A program made the translations under genes and the position numbers. A stretch of 64,000 nt of DNA from an uncultured Alphaproteobacteria bacterium (GTDB lineage: Bacteria; Pseudomonadota; Alphaproteobacteria; Acetobacterales; Acetobacteraceae): the NCBI GenBank assembly GCA_963778125.1, contig CAVZTH010000043.1, positions 70,760 through 134,759 of the forward strand, given 5' to 3'. This document shows, piece after piece, positions 12,330-22,973 of the stretch (within the stretch, counting starts at the first letter, position 1; the number at the start of each line of letters is the position of its first letter). Below the pieces are notes generated by a model. The model had not been told where the DNA came from and ran no database searches. It saw only the letters and a list, made by a program, of their open reading frames with translations.

Positions 12330-13070
12330 ATGGCAAACCTGACCAACAAGATAGCGCTTGTCACCGGCGGTTCACGAGGCATTGGCGCGGGAATTGCCAA
12401 GCGGTTGGCGGCCGACGGCGCGAGCGTGGCGATCACCTACACCAGAGGCGCGGAAGCGGCGGCCTCGGTCGTGAACGAGATTGAACGTGACGGCGGAAAA
12501 GCCATCGCGATTCAGGCCGATGCCACCGATGCCAAAGCCGTCGTGGGCGCAGTCGAGAGGACCGTCGCGGCGTATGGCCGGCTTGACGTGTTCGTCAACA
12601 ATGCCGGTACGGCAATTCCGAAGCCATTCCTGGAGACGACGCTGGAGGAGTTGGATCGCATGATCGAACTCAATTTCCGTGGCGCTTTGATCGCGACCCA
12701 GGCGGCGTTGCGGCAGATGGAGGACGGGGGTCGCATCATCATGATCGGCTCCTGCGTGGGAGAGCGCATGATGACGCCCGGCCTGGTTGCTTACGCGGCC
12801 ACGAAAGGCGCCATCAAGATGTTCACGCAGGGGTTGGCCCGAGAGGTTGGGAGCCGTGGCATCACAGTCAACAATATCCAACCGGGTCCTATCGACACGG
12901 ACTTGAATCCCGCCGCGGGCGAATGGGCGACGCCACAAATCGCCCTCACGGCGCTCAACCGTTATGGCCGGGTTGAAGAAATCGCCGCCATGGTGGCGTT
13001 CGTCGCGGGTCCGGAGGCGGCGTACATAACGGGCGCGAACCTGACCGTGGACGGTGGGACGAACGCGTGA
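12330..13070 (+). CDS. Short-chain dehydrogenase/reductase
   Basis: TGGSRGIG, NNAG, YAATK, PGPIDT, ITGANLTVDGG; ATG at 12330 after GAGGAG. Confidence 0.93.
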   Translation: MANLTNKIALVTGGSRGIGAGIAKRLAADGASVAITYTRGAEAAASVVNEIERDGGKAIAIQADATDAKAVVGAVERTVAAYGRLDVFVNNAGTAIPKPFLETTLEELDRMIELNFRGALIATQAALRQMEDGGRIIMIGSCVGERMMTPGLVAYAATKGAIKMFTQGLAREVGSRGITVNNIQPGPIDTDLNPAAGEWATPQIALTALNRYGRVEEIAAMVAFVAGPEAAYITGANLTVDGGTNA

Positions 13071-13109
13071 TTTACGAGGTGCGATCGCGATTTGTCGGGA
13101 TTTGGCCGC

Positions 13110-13215
13110 TTCGGCAAGCGCCTTGCAGACACTGAACGGCTTGTCGGCTGCGGCCACACGATCGCCGATATCGCAATCCTTCCCACGGTATGGCGGCCTA
13201 TCAAGGGCTGGCATT
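13110..13215 (+). pseudogene. Possible remnant of a glutathione S-transferase (YghU-like) C-terminal segment
   Basis: Translates as KRLADTERLVGCGHTIADIAI then, shifted, FPRYGGL..GW, resembling the GST motif xRLAxxxYLAGxxYTIADIAIxPWYGGL. Short and degenerate. Confidence 0.4.
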
Positions 13216-13506
13216 GCAGCCCGGCTTCCCAGGGGTTTGCTCAGCGATCCTGACAAAGTCGTAGCCTGGTATACGTCTTCACCGGCGACGGGCGGCAGGT
13301 CTATGACCGGCTACTCGATTAAGAACGGGCTGCTGGATGAAGGCCGCTTTTACCAACCTACTTTGGAAGTGATTAATTCTATTTGCCGATTTACTTGCCA
13401 CCTATCGTGAACGTACCGATCCACTGGACGTATTGCATGTGCCTGAGCATGCCACCGCGACATTGACATTTCACGCCCGATCAGCCCGCAGTTCAAGGAT
13501 GGCTTC

Positions 13507-14481
13507 ATGGATCGAGATCGCCTCCTTGCGGCTTCACAAAGTATTACCTTTGGTGCGGCCTGCGGGGTGACGATGGCATTGGCCGCCGCTTTCTCATTCG
13601 CAGCGGCTCGCTTTGGGATGTTGGGCGGCGTGGCGTCTGACAAACTCGTACTACTGCGGTTCCTGATCGCGAGCGTGTTCTTTCTTCCCTTCCTGGTGCG
13701 ATGGGGTTTGTTCTCGCTTGCCGGTATCGGCTGGCCGCGCGGCCTGACCCTTTTGCTGGTGGGCGGTCCGGTGTTCGCCTGGCTGCAGTTCGCGGCGTAT
13801 CGGTATGCACCGCTAGCGCATGGCGCGATCATCAATCCACCGACTGTGGCCATCCTCAGCACCATTGCCGCGGCTGTTTTTCTAGAGGAGCGTATCAGCG
13901 GTCACCATATTGCCGGCGCGGCTTTGGTCATTGGTGGCATCGTGCTCCTGGGGTGGGACAGCGTGGCGAATAGCACTAATCCGCGCTCATGGATTGGCGA
14001 TCTGATGTTTCTGGCCTCCGCGGTGCTCTGGGCCTGCTTTACCGTGCTGCTCCGCTACTGGCGGCTAAATGCCGTTCGGGCGGTCGCCGTTGTATCCGTT
14101 CTCTCGACCATCATCTTGCTGCCGGTATATGCGATTTCCGGCGAGCTCCGGTCATTGCTTGCCACTTCCTCTCCCGTGCTGGTTACACAGGGGCTTGTGC
14201 AGGGCGTGCTGCAGGGTTTGATCGGCACGACGGCCTACTCGCATGCCATCCGCGTGCTTGGCGTGAGCCGGGCCGTGTTGTTTCCTGCCACGATCCCAGC
14301 ACTCGCGATTCTTGTCGGTATTCCGCTCACCGGCGAGAAACCGAGCCCGGTCCAGATTGCGGGCCTTGGGGTTGTGACGGCTGGCCTTCTCGTCGCGAGC
14401 GGCATATGGCGCATGTTCCGGCATCGATCCATTGCGCCGGCATCGCTTATGCCCGCCGTGTGGAGCAACGATGATGTTTAG
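13507..14481 (+). CDS. DMT/EamA-family transporter
   Basis: About ten hydrophobic segments; LRFLIA, FLEERIS, GDLMFLASAVLWACFTV, LTGEKPS. Confidence 0.88.
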   Translation: MDRDRLLAASQSITFGAACGVTMALAAAFSFAAARFGMLGGVASDKLVLLRFLIASVFFLPFLVRWGLFSLAGIGWPRGLTLLLVGGPVFAWLQFAAYRYAPLAHGAIINPPTVAILSTIAAAVFLEERISGHHIAGAALVIGGIVLLGWDSVANSTNPRSWIGDLMFLASAVLWACFTVLLRYWRLNAVRAVAVVSVLSTIILLPVYAISGELRSLLATSSPVLVTQGLVQGVLQGLIGTTAYSHAIRVLGVSRAVLFPATIPALAILVGIPLTGEKPSPVQIAGLGVVTAGLLVASGIWRMFRHRSIAPASLMPAVWSNDDV

Positions 14482-14503
14482 GCGGACTGCATTACTGGCT
14501 GAT

Positions 14504-16055
14504 CTACCCTCGGGGGTCCTCGCGCAGCCGGATCATGGTCCACGACGCCGCCGGCAGCGTCACCTTGGCTCGGTCACCAAACATCGTGATGCCATCTAGA
14601 GGTTCGGGAATCACTCGGTTTGGGTATTCGGCGGTGTTGACCGCGGCCAGGTCGTCGTGCCGGAGTACCTGTGCCTCGGTCAATGTGAGCGGGCCGAAGC
14701 CGGACAGCGCGACCTCCAGCGGCATCGCTTCGTCCAGGCTGCGATTGATCGCAAACATGGTGACGTGGCCGTCGTCCGTCCGCACCGCGCCCAGTTTCAG
14801 ATAGGGGGCGGTGACCGGGTAGTATTGATCGATATCGCCGCGCGGGTCGAAGTAGCGGGCGTTGTAGCATGGTGAGTTGATCGTGGCGCGCAGCACCTGG
14901 CCGCGGCCGTGGCGGCTCCATTGCGCGAAAGGCCAGAAGATGGTTTGGCGCCAGGCCGGTCCGCCGGTCCGCGTCATGATCGGGGCGATGACATTCACCA
15001 ATTGCGCGAGGCAGGCTGTTGTGACGCGGTCGGCATGGTTCAGCAGCGCGATACAGGCGCCCCCGAAGGCCAGCGCATCGGCCATGGTGTAGAGTTCCTC
15101 CAGGATCTCCGGCGCGACGGGCCAGCCGGGCTTTACCCGATCAGCCTGTTTGCGGCGGGTTCGGTACCAGACATTCCACTCGTCGAAGCTCAGCATGATG
15201 CGTTTCGAGGAGCGCCGCCGAGCCGCGACGGCGTCGGCGATGGCTGTGACTTCCTCGATGAAGTTGTCGATGAGATCAGGGCTGGCAAGAAATGCCGCGG
15301 TGTCGCGGGCATAGTCGTTCAGATAGCTGTGCAGCGAGATGTAGTCGACGTGATCGAAACAATGCTCCAGAACGGTATCTTCCCAGGCGCCGAATGTCGG
15401 CATGTTGCGGCTGGAGGAGCCGCACGCGGCGAGTTCGATCGAGTTGTCGATCAGTTTCATCATTTTGGCGGCCTCGGTGGCAAGGCGGCCGTATTCGGTG
15501 GCGGTTTTCGCCTCCATCTGCCATGGGCCGTCCATCTCGTTGCCGAGGCACCAAAATCTGATGCCGTGCGGCTGGTCCCAGCCATGGGTGCGGCGGAGGT
15601 CGGACAGCGTCGTGCCGCCGGGATGGTTGCAGTATTCCAGCAGGTTGCGGGCGGCATCGCCGCCGCGGGTGCCGAGGTTGACCGCGAGCATCGGTTCGAC
15701 AGCCGCGACGCGGCACCAATCGATGAACTCGTTGGTGCCGAACTGGTTGGTCTCGGTTGAGAGCCAGGCCAGTTCCAGCCGGCGAGGCCGCTGCTCGACC
15801 GGGCCGACGCCGTCTTCCCAGTTGTAGCCGCTGACGAAGTTGCCACCCGGGTAGCGGATGATGGTGGGTCCCAGTTCACGCACTAGTTCCAGGACGTCCT
15901 GGCGAAAGCCGTTGGCGGTCGGCGGTGGGATGGCCGGGCTCGAAAATGCCGCCGTAGACGCAGCGGCCCAGATGCTCGACGAAGGCACCGAACAAACGGG
16001 GGTCGGTGCGGGCGATCACCGCTTCGGCGCGGAGTTGCACGGTGACCTGACGCAT
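14504..16055 (-). CDS. Alpha-L-arabinofuranosidase, GH51 (frameshift near 15918)
   Basis: N-terminus MRQVTVQLRAEAVIARTDPRLFGAFVEHLGRCVYGGIFEPGHP from ATG 16055; RYPGGNF, WCLGNEMDGPWQ, SFDEWNVW, AQLVNVIAPI. Confidence 0.93.
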
Positions 16056-16065
16056 TTCGTTGTCG

Positions 16066-16557
16066 TCAGGCGCGACGCGCGGTTCGGGACAGCAGAATGG
16101 GTAGAATGATCCCGACGCCTAACCCCCAAAAGCCGTTGATCAGGAGGGAACGGAGCCAATTCAACGGCACCCAGCCGTAGCCGATCGGATTCCCCTTGAT
16201 GGCGGGCACGACCAAGATACCGACGAGGGCCGCGATAATACCGAGCGCGAGGCCGCATAGCCAGGGGGGCGCGGTCAACCTTGGCAGCAGCAGGCCGAAG
16301 ACGGCACCGTAGAGGCCTCCCCAGAAGCACAGGTTGAGGATCTGAGGCACGCCCCACGGCGGGATCGGCCTTGTGGGGTACGGCGGCGGCATTCCGAGCC
16401 CCGGAATGTCGAGGACGTGCAAAACTCCCCACATGGCCTGGTGGAAGGTCAGAACCGAGATCGCCGCCGCGAGGAAGCCCACCACGGCGCGTGTTGCGGG
16501 CGGCGGGATGATGCTGTCCCGTCCGAGGGGCAGCATCACTTTGGAACTTCGAGGCAT
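16066..16557 (-). CDS. Hypothetical membrane protein (about 4 TM)
   Basis: Hydrophobic ORF (GFLAAAISVLTFHQ, PPWGVPQILNLCFWGGLYG, SLLINGFWGLGV) co-oriented with its neighbours; start uncertain. Confidence 0.7.
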   Translation of the reverse strand: MPRSSKVMLPLGRDSIIPPPATRAVVGFLAAAISVLTFHQAMWGVLHVLDIPGLGMPPPYPTRPIPPWGVPQILNLCFWGGLYGAVFGLLLPRLTAPPWLCGLALGIIAALVGILVVPAIKGNPIGYGWVPLNWLRSLLINGFWGLGVGIILPILLSRTARRA

Positions 16558-16698
16558 AGGCCTCGACGCTTGTTGGGTTCGCAAGGTGGCACGGGACTGT
16601 CTCCTTATTGTTTCGTTGGATTCGGCTGGATCGGTTTACTCGAATGGTGCTGTTGCGGCCAGCAGCGGTGACGTGGGGGCTTTCTCTGGTCGTTGGCT

Positions 16699-17903
16699 TT
16701 AGACGCTGGCGCCTTCGATCAGGTCGCCGAAGCGCACCCAGGTCTTGCCGTCCCATTTCTGGAACTGCATCGCCTTGATCGGGCGATGGTCGGTTGGGCT
16801 GGTGTTGATCTTGATGCCGGGCAGCAGGATCGGGTTTTCCATGTCGTGCAGGTTCTCGGCCTGCCGCATGACGTTCGTACGCGAGAAGTCGCCTTTGCAC
16901 TGCTTGAGCACCTGCAGCATGGTCGTGCTGATGCCGTAGGCGAAGACCGTGGCGGCGTCGGTGGTGTCGCCGTCCGGCAGGTACTTGGCCATGAAGGCGC
17001 GCCACTGCTTCATGTCGGGATCGTCTCGCCATGACGGGTCGGTGGGATCCTTCAGATAGTTGCGTGCTCAAGCAGGCCGATGGCCTTTTCGGGTCCGGCG
17101 GGCTGCATCACCGTGCCGACCGAGATCGCCACGTTGGTCATGAAGAAGGTCGGCTTCCATTGCAGGTCGTAGACCTTGCGGATCGCCTGGGCGGCGAATT
17201 TGGGGATGGCCGCGACGAGCAGCACGTTGGCGCCGGAGCCTTGCAGCTCGGCGATCTGGGACTCGATGGTGGCGTCGGTGGTTTCGTAGCTGACCGATTT
17301 TACTACGATCTTGTCCCAGTCATCGCCCAGGATATCTTTGACGCCGATGGGGTAGTCCTTACCGAAGTCGTCGTTCTGGTAGAGGATTCCGAGCTTCGGG
17401 TTTTTGACGTTGGCGAGGATGTATTTGGCGTAGATCTGGGCCTCGGTGCGGTAGTTCGGCTGCCAGCCCATGGTCCAGGGATATTTCTTGTAGTCGCTCC
17501 ATTTACTGGCGCCGGAGCCGACGAACAGTTGCGGCACGTGCTTGTGGTTCATGTATTCGGCGACGGCGGAGTTGGTGGGGGTGCCGAGCGTCTGGAAGGT
17601 GAAGTCGACCTGGTCTTCCTCGACGAGGCGGCGGATCTGCTCGACGGTCTTGGGCGGGCTGTAGCCGTCGTCGTAGGAGATGAAGTCGATCTTGTGGCCG
17701 TCGACGCCGCCCTGGTCGTTGATCATGTTGAAGAAGGCGGCCTCGGTGTGGCCGATGACGCTGTAGGAGGAGGCTGGCCCGCTGTAGGGCATGGTGTTGC
17801 CGATTTTTATGGATGTGGGGGTGACGCCTGGGGTTTGGGCTTTTGCTGTGGGGACGAAGGCGGCGGTGGCGGTTGCGGTTAGGATGGTCCGACGCTTGAT
17901 CAT
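16699..17903 (-). CDS. ABC transporter substrate-binding protein, branched-chain amino acid (LivJ-like) family (frameshift near 17065)
   Basis: Tat-like KRRTILTA, IKIGNTMPYSGPAS, YDDGYSPPKTVE, LYQNDDFGKD; C-terminal LLPGIKINTSPTD...WVRFG in ORF 16699..17013. Confidence 0.9.
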
Positions 17904-18194
17904 GCTTTGTTCTCCCGGTTCGTTGTGTGGTTTTGCGCTCCCTGCGGGCGTTCCGGGGTGGCCCGGAGGCCAGCGGCGGGAGGGTGCGCTTTTGGGTGGG
18001 GGCGTGGGGGTCACGAAGACGGGAGGTGGGGTGCTGCCGTCAGAGGTTGAGTTAGGGTGGATCACTGGGCGAGTGCGCTCAGGGCCCTCTTCCTCGGTGG
18101 TGGGGCGACCCCAGCAAAGATCACTCTTGTTTCCTCGCGCGCCGGCGGTCTAGTTTGCTGTTAAAATCAGGATGGAAATGCAACCGTGTCAAAC

Positions 18195-18478
18195 ATGATT
18201 TCAGTCATTGTGACGAAAAGCGACCCTGCAAAGGGCATATTCGACACCGGCCCCTTGATGTCTGTCGAAATTCCCGTGGAACGGCTGAAAGCCGCCTATC
18301 TGACTTGGTGGCCAAGTTGAGAGCTGCGACTGTAGAATTGGCCGCGAAGGCTGATGGCTTATCTCTCAAAGAGCTTGAGGTTGGCATTGAGGTCACCGCT
18401 GAGGGCGGCGTGAGTTTGATAGGAAGTGCCAAAGCAGGTGGGACTGCTTCGCTCAAGCTAACTTTCGTTCGCGACTAA
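18195..18478 (+). CDS. Small Pepco-like (peptidase co-occurring) protein (frameshift near 18290)
   Basis: Reconstructed MISVIVTKSDPAKGIFDTGPLMSVEIPVERLK / SRLSDLVAKLRAATVELAAKADGLSLKELEVGIEVTAEGGVSLIGSAKAGGTASLKLTFVRD*. The C-terminal L-x-E-x-E-V...A-E-G...G...L-x-F pattern matches my recollection of Pepco/Trypco partner domains. TAATG overlap with the caspase gene. Confidence 0.6.
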
Positions 18479-21400
18479 TGAGCCGTCGTGCACTACTATT
18501 GGCGATCGCTGACTACGATCCCTTACAGCCGCTAGGCTACGTAAGTAACGATGTTCCGCGGCTGAGTGCTGCGTTGGCGCGTGCAGGATTCGAACCGAAG
18601 AATATCATCGCGGCGGGAGCTGGAGCCGGCGAGACGCGAGTTCGGGAGCTTACCACCACTCGACTGCGCGAGGCGATTGGGGACTTTCTGGACAACGCCG
18701 ACACGCAGGACGATATGCTCCTGTTCTTTTCGGGCCATGGAATTGAAATCGAAGGCCGGCGTGTATTTTTGCCCCAAGACTTTACGCCAAGGCGGCCCGG
18801 TTCGGCAACGGACCTAGTCAGCGATAGCTGGATTTCCGTATATGCCCGAGCCTGCAAAGCCAGATCGGTTGTAGTGACTTGTTGATGCGTGTCGAGAAGG
18901 CGCGCGCTACACACTTGCGCCAACCAAGTCAACGTCGTTCGAAGAGGCGGACGACGACATCCCACTAAAGAACCAGTACGGTGGGGAAGCAACAGATGCC
19001 CCAACAGTCGGTTTCCTTTACAGTTGTGCATCGGGCGAGAGTAGTGGGCGTGATCATCAGGGGGCCGATTGCAGCGCCTTCACCCGCGCGTTCGCCGAAG
19101 CGATCGAGCTCGAAAATGGCCCCGCAGAGCTGGAAGGCGTTTCTGCCGAGGGCGTGCCGCCGGCTTAACAGTTATGGTAAGGGGGAGCAGACGTTCACTG
19201 CTTCCGGGCGACACGGCCGAGGCGGGCCGTGGCATCAGCTTGTGATAAAGGAGGACGAAGCAGCGCGGTTCCGCGATCGGATCGCCCGGTCTCGTTGGTC
19301 GGTACGGCTTCACTCAGTTGAACCTCTTCCCCCAGTTGGAAGCAACCCTACCGGCGTTCGCGACACAACTGCGTGCGATTGCCATGCGGGCAGAAGAGCA
19401 GGTGACAGAGGCCGGTCGCGTGTTGCCGATTTAGCGGTGGCACGACGAGGATGCCTGGTACAGGCAGGCCGCGCGGGTTCAATATGTGTTCCTTCACGCT
19501 TACGGGGGAGGTTTGCCAGCTGAAGAGATTGCTGTGCTTTTGGCCGTACCGTTTGTTTACGAAGCCGTGCTTGCGGCGGCGGAAATTCGTCTCGTAGCCG
19601 CTGGGGCAATGCCCGATCCCGAAGTTGCTTCTGGCTCTGGCTATCTGGTTAATGCCTGGCGCAATGCTTGGCGTGAGAGCGATGCGGCGCAGATTAGGCG
19701 TAGCCTTCTTGCCCGAAATAAGCACGATGAGGCTGATGATCAGGCTTGTTGGTCACTCGTCAATTTTTGCCACACCTTTGGCGAACTATGGGATGCGCAC
19801 CGCGATTCCCAGGATCGTAGTGGGTGGGCATTGGAGACAGTCGTCGCCGTAGTTGCTCCAGCTCCACTACCTGAGGTCACGCAAGATCATCGTGTTTGCG
19901 AGATTTTGAGCGTGCCGCGTCTACTTCGGCTGGCACGGCTAATGCACACTACTTTCGATGATGTGACGCTCGATGCCGCTGGTGGCCATCGGCTGCTTGA
20001 AGCGCAGGTCAGCAGCGGCGAACTGGCAGAGCAGCTTACTATCAGCGAGGTTAGGCTAGCGCACCTTCTGAATCTCGGATCACGCTTGGCACTGGATTTA
20101 AGACGAATGCCGCCGCTCATGGCCGAGCATGTTGGCACTGACGACGTGCTATCGGCGGCCTGGCTCCGCAAACACTTGGCTGGTGCTGAATGGCAGGTGC
20201 GCACGACTGAGGGAGACAAGCTCGGCCAGGAGGCGCGATGGTTTGATCTCAAACTCGACTGCGCGAATGACGCAGTGGACGCAGCGTTGTTGTCGGTAGT
20301 GGATGCGCTGGAGAACTACAGGACTCGATTGTTGCAGCGTCAAGACATACACGCAACGTTGATGAGGAGCCTTCTTCCGGCAGGATTTACGGCCAATCGA
20401 TTGAATTCTGCGCCGAGCGGCTGGCATCCGACCCGCCCGCCATTGCGCTTTGAGTTGGACCGTACCCGTATCATCAACCTACTAATGGGTCAGCAACTGT
20501 ATGGCGAAAGATGGCCGGCGCTACGCGAGCTATATCAAAACGCGCTGGACGCATGTCGCTATCGCCGAGCTTCGGAACAACTCGCGGTGAGCGAGGGGCG
20601 TTGGCGGCGGGGTAGTATATACGTCGGACAAATCGCGATTTGGTTCGGGGCCAGTGCGGGCCGCCGCTTCATCGAGTGCGTAGACAACGGTGTCGGGATG
20701 GCCGACCGCCACATACGTCGGCTGTTCGCGTACGCAGGGCAGCGATTTGTTGATAGCCACGAATTTCATATCGATCAAGCACGGTGGGATGTAGCGAAAA
20801 TAAAATTTTATCCGAACAGCCGTTTTGGAGTGGGAGTTCTGAGCTACTTCATGTTGGCAGAGGAACTCGACATCGTCTCGCGCCGCTGGGCCGCGCCGAC
20901 AGATTTCCCTTTCCGGCCCCGTGCGGGCCCGCATTATTGGAAGCGGTAGTCTATTTCGTCTGGAGTCCACGATTGATCCAACGCGTCTATCGGATGACTA
21001 TGGAACGTCCGTTCGAACTCTATCTTCGCGAGGACGCACCAGAGAATGACGCTCTTCACAACTCAATTCTCGATTGGCTTGCGCTACCTGAGACGGCGGT
21101 GGTCCTCAGCCAAGATGGGGGTGAACCACTGCATTTGGCCGCAGGCCAGCCCACCCAATCTCTCAGAGCCGAGTGTAACGAAAGCTTGCTGGCGATTCCC
21201 GGATCGGAAGGAATAAACGGTGCGGCGAGAGTTTTTCTTTGCCCTTACCGTTCTCTGGGTGAGATCCCTACGAGCTTCGCGTTAGTTGATGGGATCAGAA
21301 CAAGACTGGCGGATCAACCCTGGCTAGATTCCCTTGTTGTCAATCTTACCGAGGACCTACCTAAGTCGTTGACGGTTGATCGTCGTTCCGTCGGCGCAAG

Positions 21401-22963
21401 TGATGAAACGATCCGGGCAGTCGAAGGGTGGGTTCGAAAAAGGGCAGGGTCAGTGACTCGCTACGTGGAATGACCCGGACTTTGCAGCGCTCCATTGGTA
21501 CTCTGCACGATCTTCACCCCGATGCTGCCGCTGTTGCGGACGCCACGCTCAGAGCCAGCGAGGAAGCCACTCCAACGGTAATGCTGCCGGGATCCGAGGT
21601 AAGATGGCCAATCCGGAATGCCGGACTGTCCAGTATCGACCCGGACATCGCCTGGGATGTGCTGGTAGCTTCGGGCCTCGCCATCGATGAAGTCTGGGGA
21701 TTGGCGGACCGACCCGAGCCTAAATTTGCTCTGCAGGTTCGTGCTTTATTCAATCTGAGCCTTAGGGGTCCACGAGTTCGTTCCACCCCGTTACGTCTGC
21801 AATTATGTCATCCCGAGCAAGTGAGCTTTCGGAAACGGGGTTGGACTTTCCTGGATGGCTCGGACACGCTGTGGCATTCGAACAGAGCGGCAGGCGCTTG
21901 AGCTTTCCGAGAGCGTGTGGACCGTTGGTTGCTGAACTGGAGAATTTTGGTATCATCGGTGTACGCGAAGTCCTACGGTGGACTGATTTAGACCATGGCC
22001 CTATACTCGATGCGATGAAAGAACTAATAGGTCAGTTCCCTGGCCTAATAAGTTTTGATCCGGAAAATCTCAGTAACCTTGGACCATTACATCGGCGACT
22101 ATGCAGTCTTTCCTCTGGCAATCGACTTAGCTGGGTTGAGATGGCCTATTTTTCACAAACTGAAGGATTGTCGCTAGAGCAAGCCAACTCGATTGCGAAT
22201 GAACTGTCAAATTTCGGAATTTCGATTTCCGACCTGGTCGAATTGCCAGAAAACATTCGACTTAGTGAACCGGAGTTGCAGCTCCTATCAGCATTCTTTC
22301 GGCGTGAGGCGGCATCGGTACATCCTAAGCAACGGTTGCTGACACGATTGCGCCGCTTCGCGGAAACTGGCTACTCCCCTTTTAGCATTGGTGTAGCTTT
22401 GGATATAGTAAGTTCGGTTAAAAGGCTTCTGACGAAAGGCGACAACGCGAACGGAGAACGTTCTTTGGCGCTCGAGCGGCTCCAAGGGACTTTGCTTTCC
22501 GAGGATTTCGGCAATAAAGCCCCCTATCTACCCTGCGTAAGCCCTCTGCAGATGTTTAAGGCCTCGCGAAATCGCGAGTTTGGGAGCTTCGTCCGAGTGG
22601 CTGAGGTCGCGCGGTCACTCGATCCCGCACTCCTTCTCGACAGTCTCGCGAGCTCACTGGACGATTCGCTTTTTGCGCAGATCGACAAGATAACATTGAC
22701 AGACGGTGCCAACGATATTGTCGGACGATTATTCGATGCAGTCGACTGTGGCCGCCCAGCCTCTGTCTGGGATCTAGCATTAGCTGCAACGCTGGCCAAA
22801 TTAAATCCTTACGCCCTCCAACCGTTTCTGTTTTTCTTGGCAAGTTGCGATGGAGATGTCAGAGCATGCCAGGAGTTTATTATCCATTGTCAGCGCTCAT
22901 GACATAGAAGTAGAAGTCCAAAAGGAAAGGGTACTTGTCGCTAATATCCAAGTCGACCTCTGA
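18478..22963 (+). CDS. Large caspase-domain / HD-CE-like helical region / HSP90-like (GHKL) ATPase / helical-repeat protein; multiply frameshifted, possibly a pseudogene
   Basis: Caspase: RRALLLAIADY, LLFFSGHG (His codon 18736), VVLVDACREG after a shift (Cys codon 18890), LYSCASGE...SAFTRAFAEA. ATPase: LLMGQQLY..ALRELYQNALDAC, VDNGVGM, SRFGVGVLSYF, GTSVR/LYLR. C-terminal helical repeats. Pieces are ORFs 18478, 18981, 19486, 20784, 21428, 21805; the end is 22902 or, after one more shift, 22963. Confidence 0.72.
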
Positions 22964-22973
22964 CAGTAGCTGC

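Noticed and set aside
17940-18190. Search for att sites, tRNA or IS ends at the left edge of the caspase island (right edge near 22963 also checked)
   Set aside because: I could not see a direct repeat, integrase, transposase or tRNA, so the island is not called a mobile element.
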